A DNA stretch of 64,000 bases from Gemmatimonadaceae bacterium (lineage in GTDB: Bacteria; Gemmatimonadota; Gemmatimonadetes; Gemmatimonadales; Gemmatimonadaceae), in the NCBI GenBank assembly GCA_044224875.1, contig JBGAJQ010000013.1, forward strand, positions 1 through 64,000, in the 5' to 3' direction. The notes under the pieces were generated by a model, which was not told the origin of the DNA, did no database searches, and saw nothing but the letters and a program-made list of their open reading frames with translations. Every line of letters begins with the position of its first letter. The stretch's first letter is position 1. Position numbers and translations under genes: made by a program. Positions 1 through 9,294 of the stretch are shown piece after piece.

Positions 1-1735
1 CGGCGCGGCATGGACGTTTTCGGTCGCGGCCACGGTCATGCCGGAGTTTTTCGTGCGGCGAGGGATGGCTCCGGACGTCTATTTCGAGGCCGTGATCGTC
101 ATCATAGCGTTGGTGCTGACGGGTCGGACGCTGGAGGCCCGGGCCAAGGCCCGAACGGCGGATGCGATCCACCGCTTGGCCGACCTGCAGCCGACGTCGG
201 CACATGTCGTGCGTGATGGGCAGGAGCTGGAGCTCGAGGTGAGCCAGCTTCGTCCTGGCGAATCGGTGACCGTCCGGCCCGGAGAGCGGATTCCGGTGGA
301 CGGAATCGTGACGAGCGGAAGCAGTTCGGTTGACGAGTCCATGCTGACGGGCGAGCCGCTTCCGGTGGCCAAGTCGGTCGGTGACACCGTGATCGGCGGG
401 ACAATCAATCGCACAGGCGCCTTTCAGCTGCAGGCGACGGCGCTGGGTGGTGACAGCACACTCGCGCGCATTGTGGCGCTCATGCGTGACGCGCAGCGGT
501 CGCGTGCCCCCATTCAAGCGTTGGCGGATCGGGTGAGTGCGATCTTTGTGCCGACGGTATTGGCGTTGGCCGCGCTCACGTGGGTCGTGTGGTATGTGGT
601 GGCAGACAGCGCACCGCTGATGCGGGGGCTTGTCGCGGCGATCTCCGTACTCATCATCGCCTGTCCGTGTGCCATGGGGTTGGCTGTTCCGACGGCGGTG
701 ATGGTGGCGACGGGGCGCGGCGCCGATGCTGGCGTCTTGATCAAGGGTGGCGAGTCGCTGCAACGCGCCGGCGACGTGGACACCATCGTGTTCGACAAGA
801 CGGGGACAGTCACCACGGGACGTCCGGTCGTCACGGACATTCTTGCGCTGCCTGGTTCGTCGGACCTCGAGGTCTTGACGCTGGCTGCCAGCCTGGAGCG
901 GGCATCGGAGCACCCGTTAGGCGCGGCGATCGTCGCCGAAGCGGGACGTCGTGGCGTGGAGCTTCCGGCGCCCGAGCATTTTGACGCTGTGCCGGGACAT
1001 GGAGCGGTTGGCATCGTCAACGGGCGCGCGGTGGCGGTCGGCAACGAGCGACTGATGCGCGACTACGCGATCGATTCCGGGCCAGCGCAGTCGATCCTCG
1101 ACACGCTCGCGTCGGCGGCACACACACCGGTACTTGTTGCAGCAGACGGATCCTTGCTGGGAGTGATCGGCGTCGCCGATGAGCCCCGCCCGGAGGCAAA
1201 CGCCGTTGTCGCGGCGTTGAAGCAGGACGGACTCTCCGTCATCATGCTGACGGGTGACACGTCCCGAGCGGCGGCGGCAATCGGTGCCCGTGTCGGCATC
1301 GAGACGGTCATCGGGCAACTGCTTCCGGCCCAGAAGGTAGCCGAGGTGGAGCGCTTGCAATCAGAGGGCCGAGTGGTCGCGATGGTGGGCGACGGAATCA
1401 ACGATGCCCCGGCCTTGGCGCGCGCCGACGTCGGGATCGCGCTTGGCACGGGGACAGACATCGCGGTCGAGGCAAGCGACATAGCGATCATTCGCAATGA
1501 CTTGTGGGGTGTCGTCGCAGCCAGACGGCTGTCGGCGCGCACCATGCGTGTGATGCGACAGAATCTCTTCTGGGCGTTCGTCTACAACGTGGTGGGCATT
1601 CCCATCGCGGCCGGTGTGCTATACCCACGATTCGGCTTGATGCTGAGCCCGATCCTGGCCAGCGCCGCTATGGCCATGAGTTCGGTGAGCGTTGTCTCCA
1701 ACAGTCTGCGGCTCCGCCGCACCCGCCTGACCTAA
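1..1735 (+). CDS. copA: Cu(I)/Ag-translocating P1B-type ATPase, 5'-truncated by the window edge
   Basis: TGE, CPC, DKTGT, SEHPL and GDGINDAP motifs plus YN and MxxSS transmembrane residues typical of P1B-1; N-terminal metal-binding domains lie outside the window. Confidence 0.93.
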   Translation, partial: GAAWTFSVAATVMPEFFVRRGMAPDVYFEAVIVIIALVLTGRTLEARAKARTADAIHRLADLQPTSAHVVRDGQELELEVSQLRPGESVTVRPGERIPVDGIVTSGSSSVDESMLTGEPLPVAKSVGDTVIGGTINRTGAFQLQATALGGDSTLARIVALMRDAQRSRAPIQALADRVSAIFVPTVLALAALTWVVWYVVADSAPLMRGLVAAISVLIIACPCAMGLAVPTAVMVATGRGADAGVLIKGGESLQRAGDVDTIVFDKTGTVTTGRPVVTDILALPGSSDLEVLTLAASLERASEHPLGAAIVAEAGRRGVELPAPEHFDAVPGHGAVGIVNGRAVAVGNERLMRDYAIDSGPAQSILDTLASAAHTPVLVAADGSLLGVIGVADEPRPEANAVVAALKQDGLSVIMLTGDTSRAAAAIGARVGIETVIGQLLPAQKVAEVERLQSEGRVVAMVGDGINDAPALARADVGIALGTGTDIAVEASDIAIIRNDLWGVVAARRLSARTMRVMRQNLFWAFVYNVVGIPIAAGVLYPRFGLMLSPILASAAMAMSSVSVVSNSLRLRRTRLT

Positions 1736-1746
1736 CGAGGCCTCAC

Positions 1747-2115
1747 ATGCCCCACTCACCGGAACACGACGACTCGGCTGCCGTCGCAGCCGCCAGTTGC
1801 GGATGCCATGCCGACATGGGCGATACACGTCGGGCCGTCGGTGTGGATCCGGCCATCAAGGACGCGAACCTCAAGCGATTGCGCCGAATAGAAGGACAGG
1901 TGCGCGGTCTGCAGAAGATGATCGAGGAGGAACGCTACTGTCCGGACATTCTCACTCAGATCAGCTCCGTGCATGAGGCGTTGCGCGGTGTGGGGCGAGA
2001 GCTCATGCGAAACCACCTGCGTCACTGCGCGACATCGGCGATCAAGGCCGGACCAGACCAAGCCGAACCCATGTACGATGAGCTGATCGAGTTGATTTAT
2101 CGGCATGTCCGGTGA
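1747..2115 (+). CDS. csoR: CsoR-family copper-sensing repressor
   Basis: RLRRIEGQVRGLQKM...YCPDIL...NHLRHC (C-H-C Cu(I) ligand fingerprint); GAGG before ATG 1747; adjacent to copA. Confidence 0.9.
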   Translation: MPHSPEHDDSAAVAAASCGCHADMGDTRRAVGVDPAIKDANLKRLRRIEGQVRGLQKMIEEERYCPDILTQISSVHEALRGVGRELMRNHLRHCATSAIKAGPDQAEPMYDELIELIYRHVR

Positions 2116-2128
2116 GATTTCCTTCCGT

Positions 2129-2539
2129 ATGCTGATCGAGCGCACACACCGGCCCACTGTTGCACGCGTCGCCGCGCGGTTGTCGAACGCGCTGGCTCTG
2201 GTCCTGTTTCTTCTGGGTCAGGTCGCGGGGGCGGGGTGTCAGATGCCCGACGGAGTGATGCCACCCGTTCGCGGGACACCGCATACACCAAGCGCACACG
2301 GCGAACATCACGCCAGCAAGCACAGCTCAGTTCCCGACGGTTCGGGCAGTGGATCAGGGGAGTCGCGAGGGCCACTGTCTTCGTGCCCGGTGGCGTCGCT
2401 GTGCACGCTCGCCATGATGCCCGATGAGCGCGTCGTTGCGCCAAGCCCGACGAGGATTGACGGCGTCGCTCCACGGCAGCGCGTGTCGTCACCGGCCTCG
2501 TTCCATCGCGCGCCAGATCTTCCACCTCCGCGGGCCTAA
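2129..2539 (+). CDS. Small exported Cys/His/Met-rich protein, DUF2946-like leader candidate
   Basis: Basic N-terminus then hydrophobic segment, His-rich middle, CPVASLC, C-terminal RAPDLPPPRA-stop; start could also be 2105. Confidence 0.6.
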   Translation: MLIERTHRPTVARVAARLSNALALVLFLLGQVAGAGCQMPDGVMPPVRGTPHTPSAHGEHHASKHSSVPDGSGSGSGESRGPLSSCPVASLCTLAMMPDERVVAPSPTRIDGVAPRQRVSSPASFHRAPDLPPPRA

Positions 2540-2625
2540 CGACTGGCGGCTCTGCCGCCCTTGACCGGTCGTTGGTGCCTGGCCGCCTTGGCCAGGTTGT
2601 CCCCTTGGTGAGGTCATGACTTCCA

Positions 2626-3435
2626 ATGAGGCAGTCGTCGAAACCGCGTCGCCGCGCGGGCGGTCCCGCGTGCTTGGCCAGCGTCCTCGGTGGCGTGTGG
2701 CTCTTCTTCCCAGTCCTCCTGCGAGGGCAAAGTGACTTCGCGAACACCGATGCTGGACGGCCCTTTCGGACACAGGATGCACAAGTCATCGAACGAGGTG
2801 CACTGGAGTTGCATCTGCCGACGGTGCAGTGGGCACGCTCGAATGATGTCACGAGGTGGCGCTTCGAACCGGAACTGGCCCTTGGTGTCCTGCCGCGAAC
2901 GCAGCTCGACATCGGGGTGGACGTGGCGGCCGGCGCTCGAGCCGCTGATTCCGTCGAGTCCGATCACGTCATCCTGCGCGTCGTTCACCAGTTGAACGTC
3001 GAGTCCCTGCAATTCCCCGCGTTCGCCGTTGGTTTGCAGAGTGCGGTGCCGCTCAATTCTACCGACGTCGACTGGCAGGGAGTGCTGGTGGCGACGCGGA
3101 CGTTTGGCGCGGTGCGAGTGCACGCCAACGCCCGTGGACGCCTCGGGCCGCAAGCCGGCGTGGGCACTAGTCGGTGGGAGTTGGGGGTCGCGGCCGACCG
3201 CACCATGCCCATGCGGCACTTGTTGGTTGGCGCGGAGGTGGTGGCCGTTCGCCCAGACATTCCGCGGGGGCAATCGGTGTGGCGAGCGGGAGTGGGCGCG
3301 CGATGGCAATGGAGCGTCCGGACGGCGCTCGACGCTGGTGTGTCGCGGACGTCGGGTGGCGACGGCGAGTGGCAAGTCACTGCGGGGATCTCAACCAGTA
3401 CGTCCCTTCGATTTCTTCTGGGAGGAATGCGCTGA
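2626..3435 (+). CDS. Putative outer-membrane beta-barrel transporter
   Basis: Signal-peptide-like N-terminus and alternating amphipathic strands rich in W/G/V; stop overlaps the next start (TGATG). Confidence 0.65.
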   Translation: MRQSSKPRRRAGGPACLASVLGGVWLFFPVLLRGQSDFANTDAGRPFRTQDAQVIERGALELHLPTVQWARSNDVTRWRFEPELALGVLPRTQLDIGVDVAAGARAADSVESDHVILRVVHQLNVESLQFPAFAVGLQSAVPLNSTDVDWQGVLVATRTFGAVRVHANARGRLGPQAGVGTSRWELGVAADRTMPMRHLLVGAEVVAVRPDIPRGQSVWRAGVGARWQWSVRTALDAGVSRTSGGDGEWQVTAGISTSTSLRFLLGGMR

Positions 3436-4412
3436 TGCGTCGCCATCACCTCTTGGCCGTGTTCATCGGCTGGCTCGGTCCCGCCGCGCTTGGTGGGCAG
3501 TGGATCACCACGTGGGAGCCGTCGTACTTGCCCGCCAGCCACAACTGGGCGTTTCGGCGTGGTTATCCCGAGGTTGACCGGCTCTTTGCGGCCTTCGACT
3601 ATGGTCATGCCATTCTGTATGAGCGCCTCTGGACGTCTCCGTCGGCGCCCGTCGCGGATCTCGAACAGACGCAATACGACTACATCACCAAGTCGTTGCT
3701 GGTGCATCCCCCGCGTCTTCCGCTCGTCGAATCGGCGATCGCGCCGAACTACGTGCGTCTCGTGCCGGAGGCCCACGCCATGTTCCACTGGGCCCACCTG
3801 CTTCATCGCCAGGTCTACGACGTCATCGCCGACGAGCGGCTGAGTGACGAGGAGAAAGATCGGGAGGTGCGGGCATTGCTGACGTTTTACCGTTCGCGCG
3901 GTGCGCTCGCCTTCAGCGAACAACCGAAGGACATGCAGCTGATGGTTGGGCAGCCGTATTCCCAGGCGTTCCTTCGGCGCTATCCAAAGTTCAACGGACT
4001 AATCTGGGCCTATCATTGGCTGCAGATCGGGTTGTACGAAGCGCTCTTGATCGGAAACAACCAATCCGAACGGGCGGCGGCGGTGTCGCGGACGGTGCAA
4101 CACTTCAACGAGATGGTGAGTGGCGGCCTATCGACTTTGCCCAGCGAAATGCCGATGGCCGCGGCGATCGCGCCGACCTTCGCCAAGCGCTTTCCCGAAG
4201 CCGCCATCGTCTTCGACAACTTGCACGCGATGCACGACGTCATCTCCGATATCCTTGCGAACCCGTCGGTGGCGCGGACCGACAAGCGCACGGAGATTCT
4301 GCGCGCGTCTGCGCGCTACCGGGACAGCACGACGGCCATCGTCACCCGGGCGGAATGGTGGTCGATGGCCGAGTCCATGGGAGTGGAGGCCCAGGGCGGT
4401 CGAGTGCGTTAG
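3435..4412 (+). CDS. Secreted His-rich helical protein with two-fold internal repeat, putative metal-binding
   Basis: GGAGG upstream and TGATG coupling; signal peptide; two HxxH-bearing repeats. Confidence 0.7.
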   Translation: MRRHHLLAVFIGWLGPAALGGQWITTWEPSYLPASHNWAFRRGYPEVDRLFAAFDYGHAILYERLWTSPSAPVADLEQTQYDYITKSLLVHPPRLPLVESAIAPNYVRLVPEAHAMFHWAHLLHRQVYDVIADERLSDEEKDREVRALLTFYRSRGALAFSEQPKDMQLMVGQPYSQAFLRRYPKFNGLIWAYHWLQIGLYEALLIGNNQSERAAAVSRTVQHFNEMVSGGLSTLPSEMPMAAAIAPTFAKRFPEAAIVFDNLHAMHDVISDILANPSVARTDKRTEILRASARYRDSTTAIVTRAEWWSMAESMGVEAQGGRVR

Positions 4413-4867
4413 GCGGTCGCGCCGTTCAGGGTCAACGTCCACCGCACCGGGAGGGCGGGATCGAGGGAGTCCTTCACTGAGCAGTACTTGTTGACGGCCA
4501 GGCCGATCGCACGCTCCGCGTGGGGTCGGTCGATGCCTGCACCCTCGATGTCGAAGGCGAGTGTCACGTCGGTCAGGCGAGCGGGTGTTTCCGTTGCGCG
4601 TTCCCCGTGTACGGACACCTCGAGTTTGGAGACTGGCGTTCGGCGCTTAGCGAGGATTTCAACGACATCGATGGAACTACAGGTGGCGAGGGCGCACAGC
4701 AACACGTCGACAGGGCCTGGTCCGGTCTTGCCACTCGTGTCGACGGCGATGAACGGGCCGGCGGGCCGACCGGCCTCGAACGTCGTTCCTCCCGTCCAAC
4801 GGGCGACGATGTGATTCACGCGCTTTTTCGGCGGCGTGGACGCCAACATCTCGCGAGTTTCACTCAC
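4409..4867 (-). CDS. OsmC/YhfA family protein
   Basis: [16 protein letters not shown]...KYCSV two-Cys pattern; overlaps the rhodanese stop. Confidence 0.88.
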   Translation of the reverse strand: MSETREMLASTPPKKRVNHIVARWTGGTTFEAGRPAGPFIAVDTSGKTGPGPVDVLLCALATCSSIDVVEILAKRRTPVSKLEVSVHGERATETPARLTDVTLAFDIEGAGIDRPHAERAIGLAVNKYCSVKDSLDPALPVRWTLTLNGATA

Positions 4868-5742
4868 GGTTGGGCTCCTTTGGTGATTGGGGCGCGGACG
4901 GCATTACCCCACTCGGTCCAACTGCCGTCGTAGTTGCGGACCCGCGTGAAGCCTAACAGGTACGTCAGGACAAACCACGTGTGGCTGGATCGCTCACCAA
5001 TCCGGCAGTATGTGATGACGTTATCGTTAGGCTTCAACCCCTGTTCCTGCTGGTAGATCGCGCGGAGCTCGTCCGCGGTCTTGAACGACCCATCCGCGTT
5101 GGCGGCACGAGCCCAGGGAACGCTCTTTGCCCCCGGGATGTGGCCGCCCCGCAGCGTGCCCTCCTGGGGGTAGTCTGGCATGTGCATCCGTTCGCCGGTG
5201 TACTCTTGCGGCGAGCGCACGTCGATCAGCGGCAGGTGGGCATGCGAGTGCGCCCGCACATCCGAGAACCAGGCGCGAATGCGATCGTCGTTCCGCTCCG
5301 CGGCGATGTAGTTCGATGGGGCGAACGATGGCCGCTCCGCGACCATTGGGCGGCCTTCCTGCTCCCATCGGGTGCGTCCGCCATCCAGCACCTTCACGTT
5401 ACCAAAATTGAACAGCTTGAAGATCCAGAAGGCGTAGCAGGCCCACCAGTTGTTCTTGTCGCCGTACAGCACCACCGTGGTCTGGTTCGAAATCCCCAAG
5501 GACCTCAGGAGTCCCTGAAAGGCATCGACGCCAACGTAGTCGCGCACGACTTCGTCGTTGAGATCCAGGTGCCAGTCGATCTTTTGCGCGTTTGGGATGT
5601 GCCCCATGTCGTACAGCAACACGTCCTCATCGCACTCCAGGATCCGCAGGGATTGATCACTCAGGTGGCTAGCCAGCCATTCAGTGGACACCAGAACGTC
5701 CGGGTCGCTGTACCCTTTCGCTTGAACCAGTGGGTCGCTCAT
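4864..5742 (-). CDS. Thiosulfate sulfurtransferase (two-domain rhodanese, SseA/CysA-like)
   Basis: LVSTEWL, GHIP twice, active-site [14 protein letters not shown] signature. Confidence 0.93.
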   Translation of the reverse strand: MSDPLVQAKGYSDPDVLVSTEWLASHLSDQSLRILECDEDVLLYDMGHIPNAQKIDWHLDLNDEVVRDYVGVDAFQGLLRSLGISNQTTVVLYGDKNNWWACYAFWIFKLFNFGNVKVLDGGRTRWEQEGRPMVAERPSFAPSNYIAAERNDDRIRAWFSDVRAHSHAHLPLIDVRSPQEYTGERMHMPDYPQEGTLRGGHIPGAKSVPWARAANADGSFKTADELRAIYQQEQGLKPNDNVITYCRIGERSSHTWFVLTYLLGFTRVRNYDGSWTEWGNAVRAPITKGAQP

Positions 5743-5909
5743 TGCACTCGCCTGCGGTAGAGGCCCTATGAAAGCACTCGGCGAAAGTTAGTCGGGCGAA
5801 ACGAAGTCTGGACAACGCGCGTTGCGGGCGGACGGCGCATCCCAATGCCTTATCTTGTGCTGACGGGAGCACTCCCCGTCGTTGCGTCCACCCGCGCTCG
5901 GACTCACAT

Positions 5910-6266
5910 GTGAGCGATTCACCGCACAAGCCAGAGATGGAGCCGTATACCCGGCATGTCATTGTGTGCACCGGGCGGTTTTGCTCGCCAGAAGGTGCTG
6001 GGCGGGGGGTCTACGCGCGGCTGGCCCAGCTCCTCGATCGCGAGGACCTGCTGTTTGGGCCTGGGCGAGTGAAGCGGTCAGAAGCACCGTGCCTTGGTGT
6101 TTGCGCCGGCGGTCCAGTGGCGGTTGTGTACCCGGAGGGGCTGTGGTACGCCGGGGTGGATTCCTCCTTGATGGACCGCATCGTGTGCGAGCACCTGCGC
6201 GATGGGCAGCCGGTTGTGGAAAGGGTCTTTCATCGGCTGGGGGCGTCGGCACCTAACGAGACTTGA
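5910..6266 (+). CDS. Thioredoxin-like [2Fe-2S] ferredoxin
   Basis: HVIVCTGRFC...CLGVCAGGPVAVVYPEGLWY pattern. Confidence 0.88.
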   Translation: MSDSPHKPEMEPYTRHVIVCTGRFCSPEGAGRGVYARLAQLLDREDLLFGPGRVKRSEAPCLGVCAGGPVAVVYPEGLWYAGVDSSLMDRIVCEHLRDGQPVVERVFHRLGASAPNET

Positions 6267-6559
6267 TCGGGGTGGGTTGGTAGGGGCACCACAGCGCGCC
6301 GTTGGCGCCCGCGCTTGTGTCCGCTTAACTTGCCAGCACGCGGAAGGCACCGAGGCAAGGTGCCAACCTGAGGTCCGCGAACGCGTTCGCTGCCATTCCT
6401 TCTCCCGCTGCCGCCGCAATGCCCGATCCGCTGAATTCTCGGCGCCTGATGATGGGTGCGGCGCGCAAGTTTTTCCTCGATGCGATCGAGAAGGAACCGC
6501 CCAAACCGTCCCTCGACGTCCCTCCGCGTCTCACACCCCGAGCCATAGAGAGAACACGC

Positions 6560-6739
6560 ATGTCCCGCTCCCGTGATCGCATTCTGACCAACCTTGACGA
6601 GATGTACCGCGACGCCTTTGAGCGCGCGAAGACAACCGGCGACGACGCCCAAATGGTAACGCTCGATTTTGCCTATCGGCGCGAGCAGCTCTACTTCGAA
6701 ATCCTGCTCGACATTCGCGATGCGATGGAGCGTCGCTGA
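6560..6739 (+). CDS. Small hypothetical protein
   Basis: Protein-like 59 aa after a GAGAGA-rich RBS; the frame is open from 6419, so the start is uncertain. Confidence 0.6.
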   Translation: MSRSRDRILTNLDEMYRDAFERAKTTGDDAQMVTLDFAYRREQLYFEILLDIRDAMERR

Positions 6740-6788
6740 TCGACTGGAGTCCCGCCAGCATTTCGTTTCCTCACTTGCCTAACGTCGA

Positions 6789-8477
6789 ATGCACGCTCGA
6801 CTCTTCCTTGCGGCCGCGTTGGTGGCCGTTTCCAGTTGTCGCATGAGCAGTCGCCGGGTTGATGGTGAGGTGACCCTGGCTATCGTCAATGCCAGGGTCT
6901 GGACGGCCGATCCCAAGCGACCATGGGCCGATGCCGTGGCCGTGACCGGCGAGAGAATTGCAGCTGTCGGTAGCAGCGCGGAGATTCGCAAGCTGGCGGG
7001 GCAGGGCCGTGTGATCGACGCCAAGGGCGGCATGGTAACGCCCGGGTTCATCGACGCTCACGTTCACTTCATCGATGGCGGGTTTCGTCTTTCGTCCGTG
7101 TTGCTGAAGGATGCGGCAACGCCCACTGAGTTCACGGCACGAATCAAGGCGTTCGCGGCATCGGCGCCGTCAGGCGCCTGGATTACCGGCGGCGACTGGG
7201 ACAACGAGCGGTGGGGCGGCGAGCTGCCGTCACGGGCGTGGATCGACTCGGTCACACCGAACAATCCGGTCTGGGTCAATCGGTACGATGGGCATATGGC
7301 CCTGGCGAATTCGCTGGCGCTCAAGGCGGCCGGCGTCACGTCGTCGACGAAGGCTGTGGCCGGAGGCACGATCGTCACCGATGGTTCGGGTCATCCGACC
7401 GGGGTGTTGAAGGACAATGCCATGGGGCTGGTGGACGACGTGGTGAGTTCGCCTCCTCCTGAGCTGGAGGACCGTGCGCTCGACACCGCCATGGCGTACG
7501 TGGCCGCCCAAGGGGTGACCACCGTGCACAACATGGGCGCGGCAAGTACGCAGGGCTCCTGGCACGACCTGCAAGTATTCCGCCGTGCGCAGGCGACGGG
7601 CCGCTTGACGACACGCATCTATGCGGCGGTTCCGCTCGCGGCGTGGGAACAACTGCGTGACTCGATCGCCAAGGAGGGGCGCGGCGATCACTGGCTGCGG
7701 ATCGGTGGGCTGAAGGGCTTTGTTGACGGATCGTTAGGCTCGAGGACCGCCGCGATGTACGAGCCGTTCGATGACGCACCGGGGAACAAGGGGTTCTTTG
7801 TCACACCCCCAGAGACGCTCTACGCGCGGATTTCTGGCGCTGACAAGGCCGGGTTGCAGGTGTTGGTACACGCCATCGGTGACCGGGCAATCGGTACGCT
7901 GCTCGACATTTACGCGCGTGTGGAGAAGGAGAACGGGGCACGCGACCGCCGATTTCGTATTGAGCACGTCCAGCACCTGGCCGCCGCCGATATCCCGCGC
8001 CTTGCGGCGTTAGGCGTGATCGCGTCCGTGCAGCCCTATCACGCGATCGATGACGGGCGATTCGCTGACAAACCACTCGGCAGAGACCGCGCGAGTCGCA
8101 CCTATGCGTTCAAGTCCTTGCTCGACGCCAAGACCACCCTTGCGCTTGGCAGCGATTGGTTCGTCGCCCCCCCAACGCCACTCGAGGGGATCTACGCCGC
8201 CACCACCCGACGGACGCTGGACGACAAGAACCCCAACGGGTGGTTCCCCGAACAGAAGATCGGTGTGGAAGACGCGCTGCGCGGGTACACGATCAACGGC
8301 GCGTTCGCGTCATTTGAAGAGAAGGACAAGGGATCGATCGAAGTGGGGAAGCTGGCCGATCTCGTCCTGATCGATCGCGACCTGACGAAGATACCAGCCG
8401 AACAGATTCGCGACGCGCATGTGATGATGACCGTGGTCGGCGGTCGCGTGGTTCACGAGGCTAAGCCAGAGCCCTGA
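6789..8477 (+). CDS. Amidohydrolase (YtcJ-like, amidohydro_3), probable lipoprotein
   Basis: PGFIDAHVH, HAIGD, RIEH, GSDW, GKLADL motifs; VSSC lipobox-like signal. Confidence 0.9.
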   Translation: MHARLFLAAALVAVSSCRMSSRRVDGEVTLAIVNARVWTADPKRPWADAVAVTGERIAAVGSSAEIRKLAGQGRVIDAKGGMVTPGFIDAHVHFIDGGFRLSSVLLKDAATPTEFTARIKAFAASAPSGAWITGGDWDNERWGGELPSRAWIDSVTPNNPVWVNRYDGHMALANSLALKAAGVTSSTKAVAGGTIVTDGSGHPTGVLKDNAMGLVDDVVSSPPPELEDRALDTAMAYVAAQGVTTVHNMGAASTQGSWHDLQVFRRAQATGRLTTRIYAAVPLAAWEQLRDSIAKEGRGDHWLRIGGLKGFVDGSLGSRTAAMYEPFDDAPGNKGFFVTPPETLYARISGADKAGLQVLVHAIGDRAIGTLLDIYARVEKENGARDRRFRIEHVQHLAAADIPRLAALGVIASVQPYHAIDDGRFADKPLGRDRASRTYAFKSLLDAKTTLALGSDWFVAPPTPLEGIYAATTRRTLDDKNPNGWFPEQKIGVEDALRGYTINGAFASFEEKDKGSIEVGKLADLVLIDRDLTKIPAEQIRDAHVMMTVVGGRVVHEAKPEP

Positions 8478-8491
8478 CGCGCGTTGAGAAC

Positions 8492-8530
8492 GAAACGAAA
8501 GGGCGCCCGGCCAGTAGCCGGGGCGCCCTT
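8492..8530 (-). terminator. Intrinsic terminator, possibly bidirectional
   Basis: AAGGGCGCCC (8499-8508) pairs with GGGCGCCCTT (8521-8530); the A-rich left flank gives a U-rich tail on the minus strand. Confidence 0.65.
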
Positions 8531-8550
8531 CATGTGGATCGCTGCGTCTG

Positions 8551-8787
8551 TCAGGACATGGCCATCGCAGCCGCAACGGCCCGAAGGAGACCGACGATGA
8601 GCACCCGACGACGATGGCGCTCTGCATGCAGCACGCGGTACTCAGGTACCGTGAGGGAGTGCTGCAACTCTGTTTGCCACGTGGGGTGGCGCCGGACTTC
8701 CAAGTGCGTGACGTCCATTTCCTTGATCTCCGTAGCTTTCTGCGGCAACTCTCCCACACTGCGTAGACACGGTGCGCCGCAGCTCAT
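8551..8787 (-). CDS. Small hypothetical protein
   Basis: ORF with a hydrophobic C-terminus ending just before a minus-strand terminator; start uncertain. Confidence 0.35.
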   Translation of the reverse strand: MSCGAPCLRSVGELPQKATEIKEMDVTHLEVRRHPTWQTELQHSLTVPEYRVLHAERHRRRVLIVGLLRAVAAAMAMS

Positions 8788-8894
8788 GCGGAAAGCGCGT
8801 CTAAGTCGCTGTGGGATGGGCAGCTAGCGCAGGTCCATTCACAGACGCTCCTGCAAGGTGCAAGGGGCGTGCTAGTCTGAGTATCGGACGCGTA

Positions 8895-9071
8895 TCAGTG
8901 CCCCGCCGATCGCAGCGACACGAGTACCGCCACCGCGATGCTGCCAAGTGTCAGCAACGCGGCTAGGCGACGCCGTAGGTCGTCCAGGCGACGCGCCCGT
9001 CGCGCCAGTCGACCGATCGAACTGCTCCCCTCACGAATGAGGGCGAGATCATAACGCGGATCATGCCACAT
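8895..9071 (-). CDS. Small hypothetical membrane-anchored protein
   Basis: MWHDPRYD...; basic stretch followed by a C-terminal hydrophobic helix. Confidence 0.35.
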   Translation of the reverse strand: MWHDPRYDLALIREGSSSIGRLARRARRLDDLRRRLAALLTLGSIAVAVLVSLRSAGH

Positions 9072-9242
9072 GGTGCGTCTCGCAGATGGGAACCGAAGCC
9101 ACGACGCCTCCGCCGAGTGGCGGCATGTGTGGCGAGAAGCCGGAGTAAGCGACGCGTTTCGATTGACGCAAGCTCCGCGCACGTAAGAACGCGACGTCGC
9201 ACCCATCCGTACACTCGTAGATCCCGTAGTCGAGATTGCCAG

Positions 9243-9273
9243 AAAAAACGAAACGCCGGGCTTTCGCCCGGCG
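9243..9273 (-). terminator. Intrinsic terminator of the E1 dehydrogenase gene
   Basis: CGCCGGGC-GAAA-GCCCGGCG hairpin on the minus strand followed by TTTCGTTTTTT. Confidence 0.8.
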
Positions 9274-9294
9274 CTCGCCTCGAGTCTTCGTGAC

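Noticed and set aside
4951..5032. GCCTAAC...GTTAGGC pair 82 bp long, resembling integron attC inverse-core and core sites
   Set aside because: It lies inside the rhodanese CDS, the interior is not palindromic, there is no integrase or cassette-like gene array, and the heptamer is common across the window.
6335..6395. SAM or TPP riboswitch suggested by GGTGCCAACCTGA
   Set aside because: The other conserved aptamer elements are absent and the downstream genes do not fit.
8859..8875. Sigma54-like TAGCACG-N4-TTGCA on the minus strand
   Set aside because: It lacks the near-invariant GG at -24, and the downstream ORF is itself uncertain.
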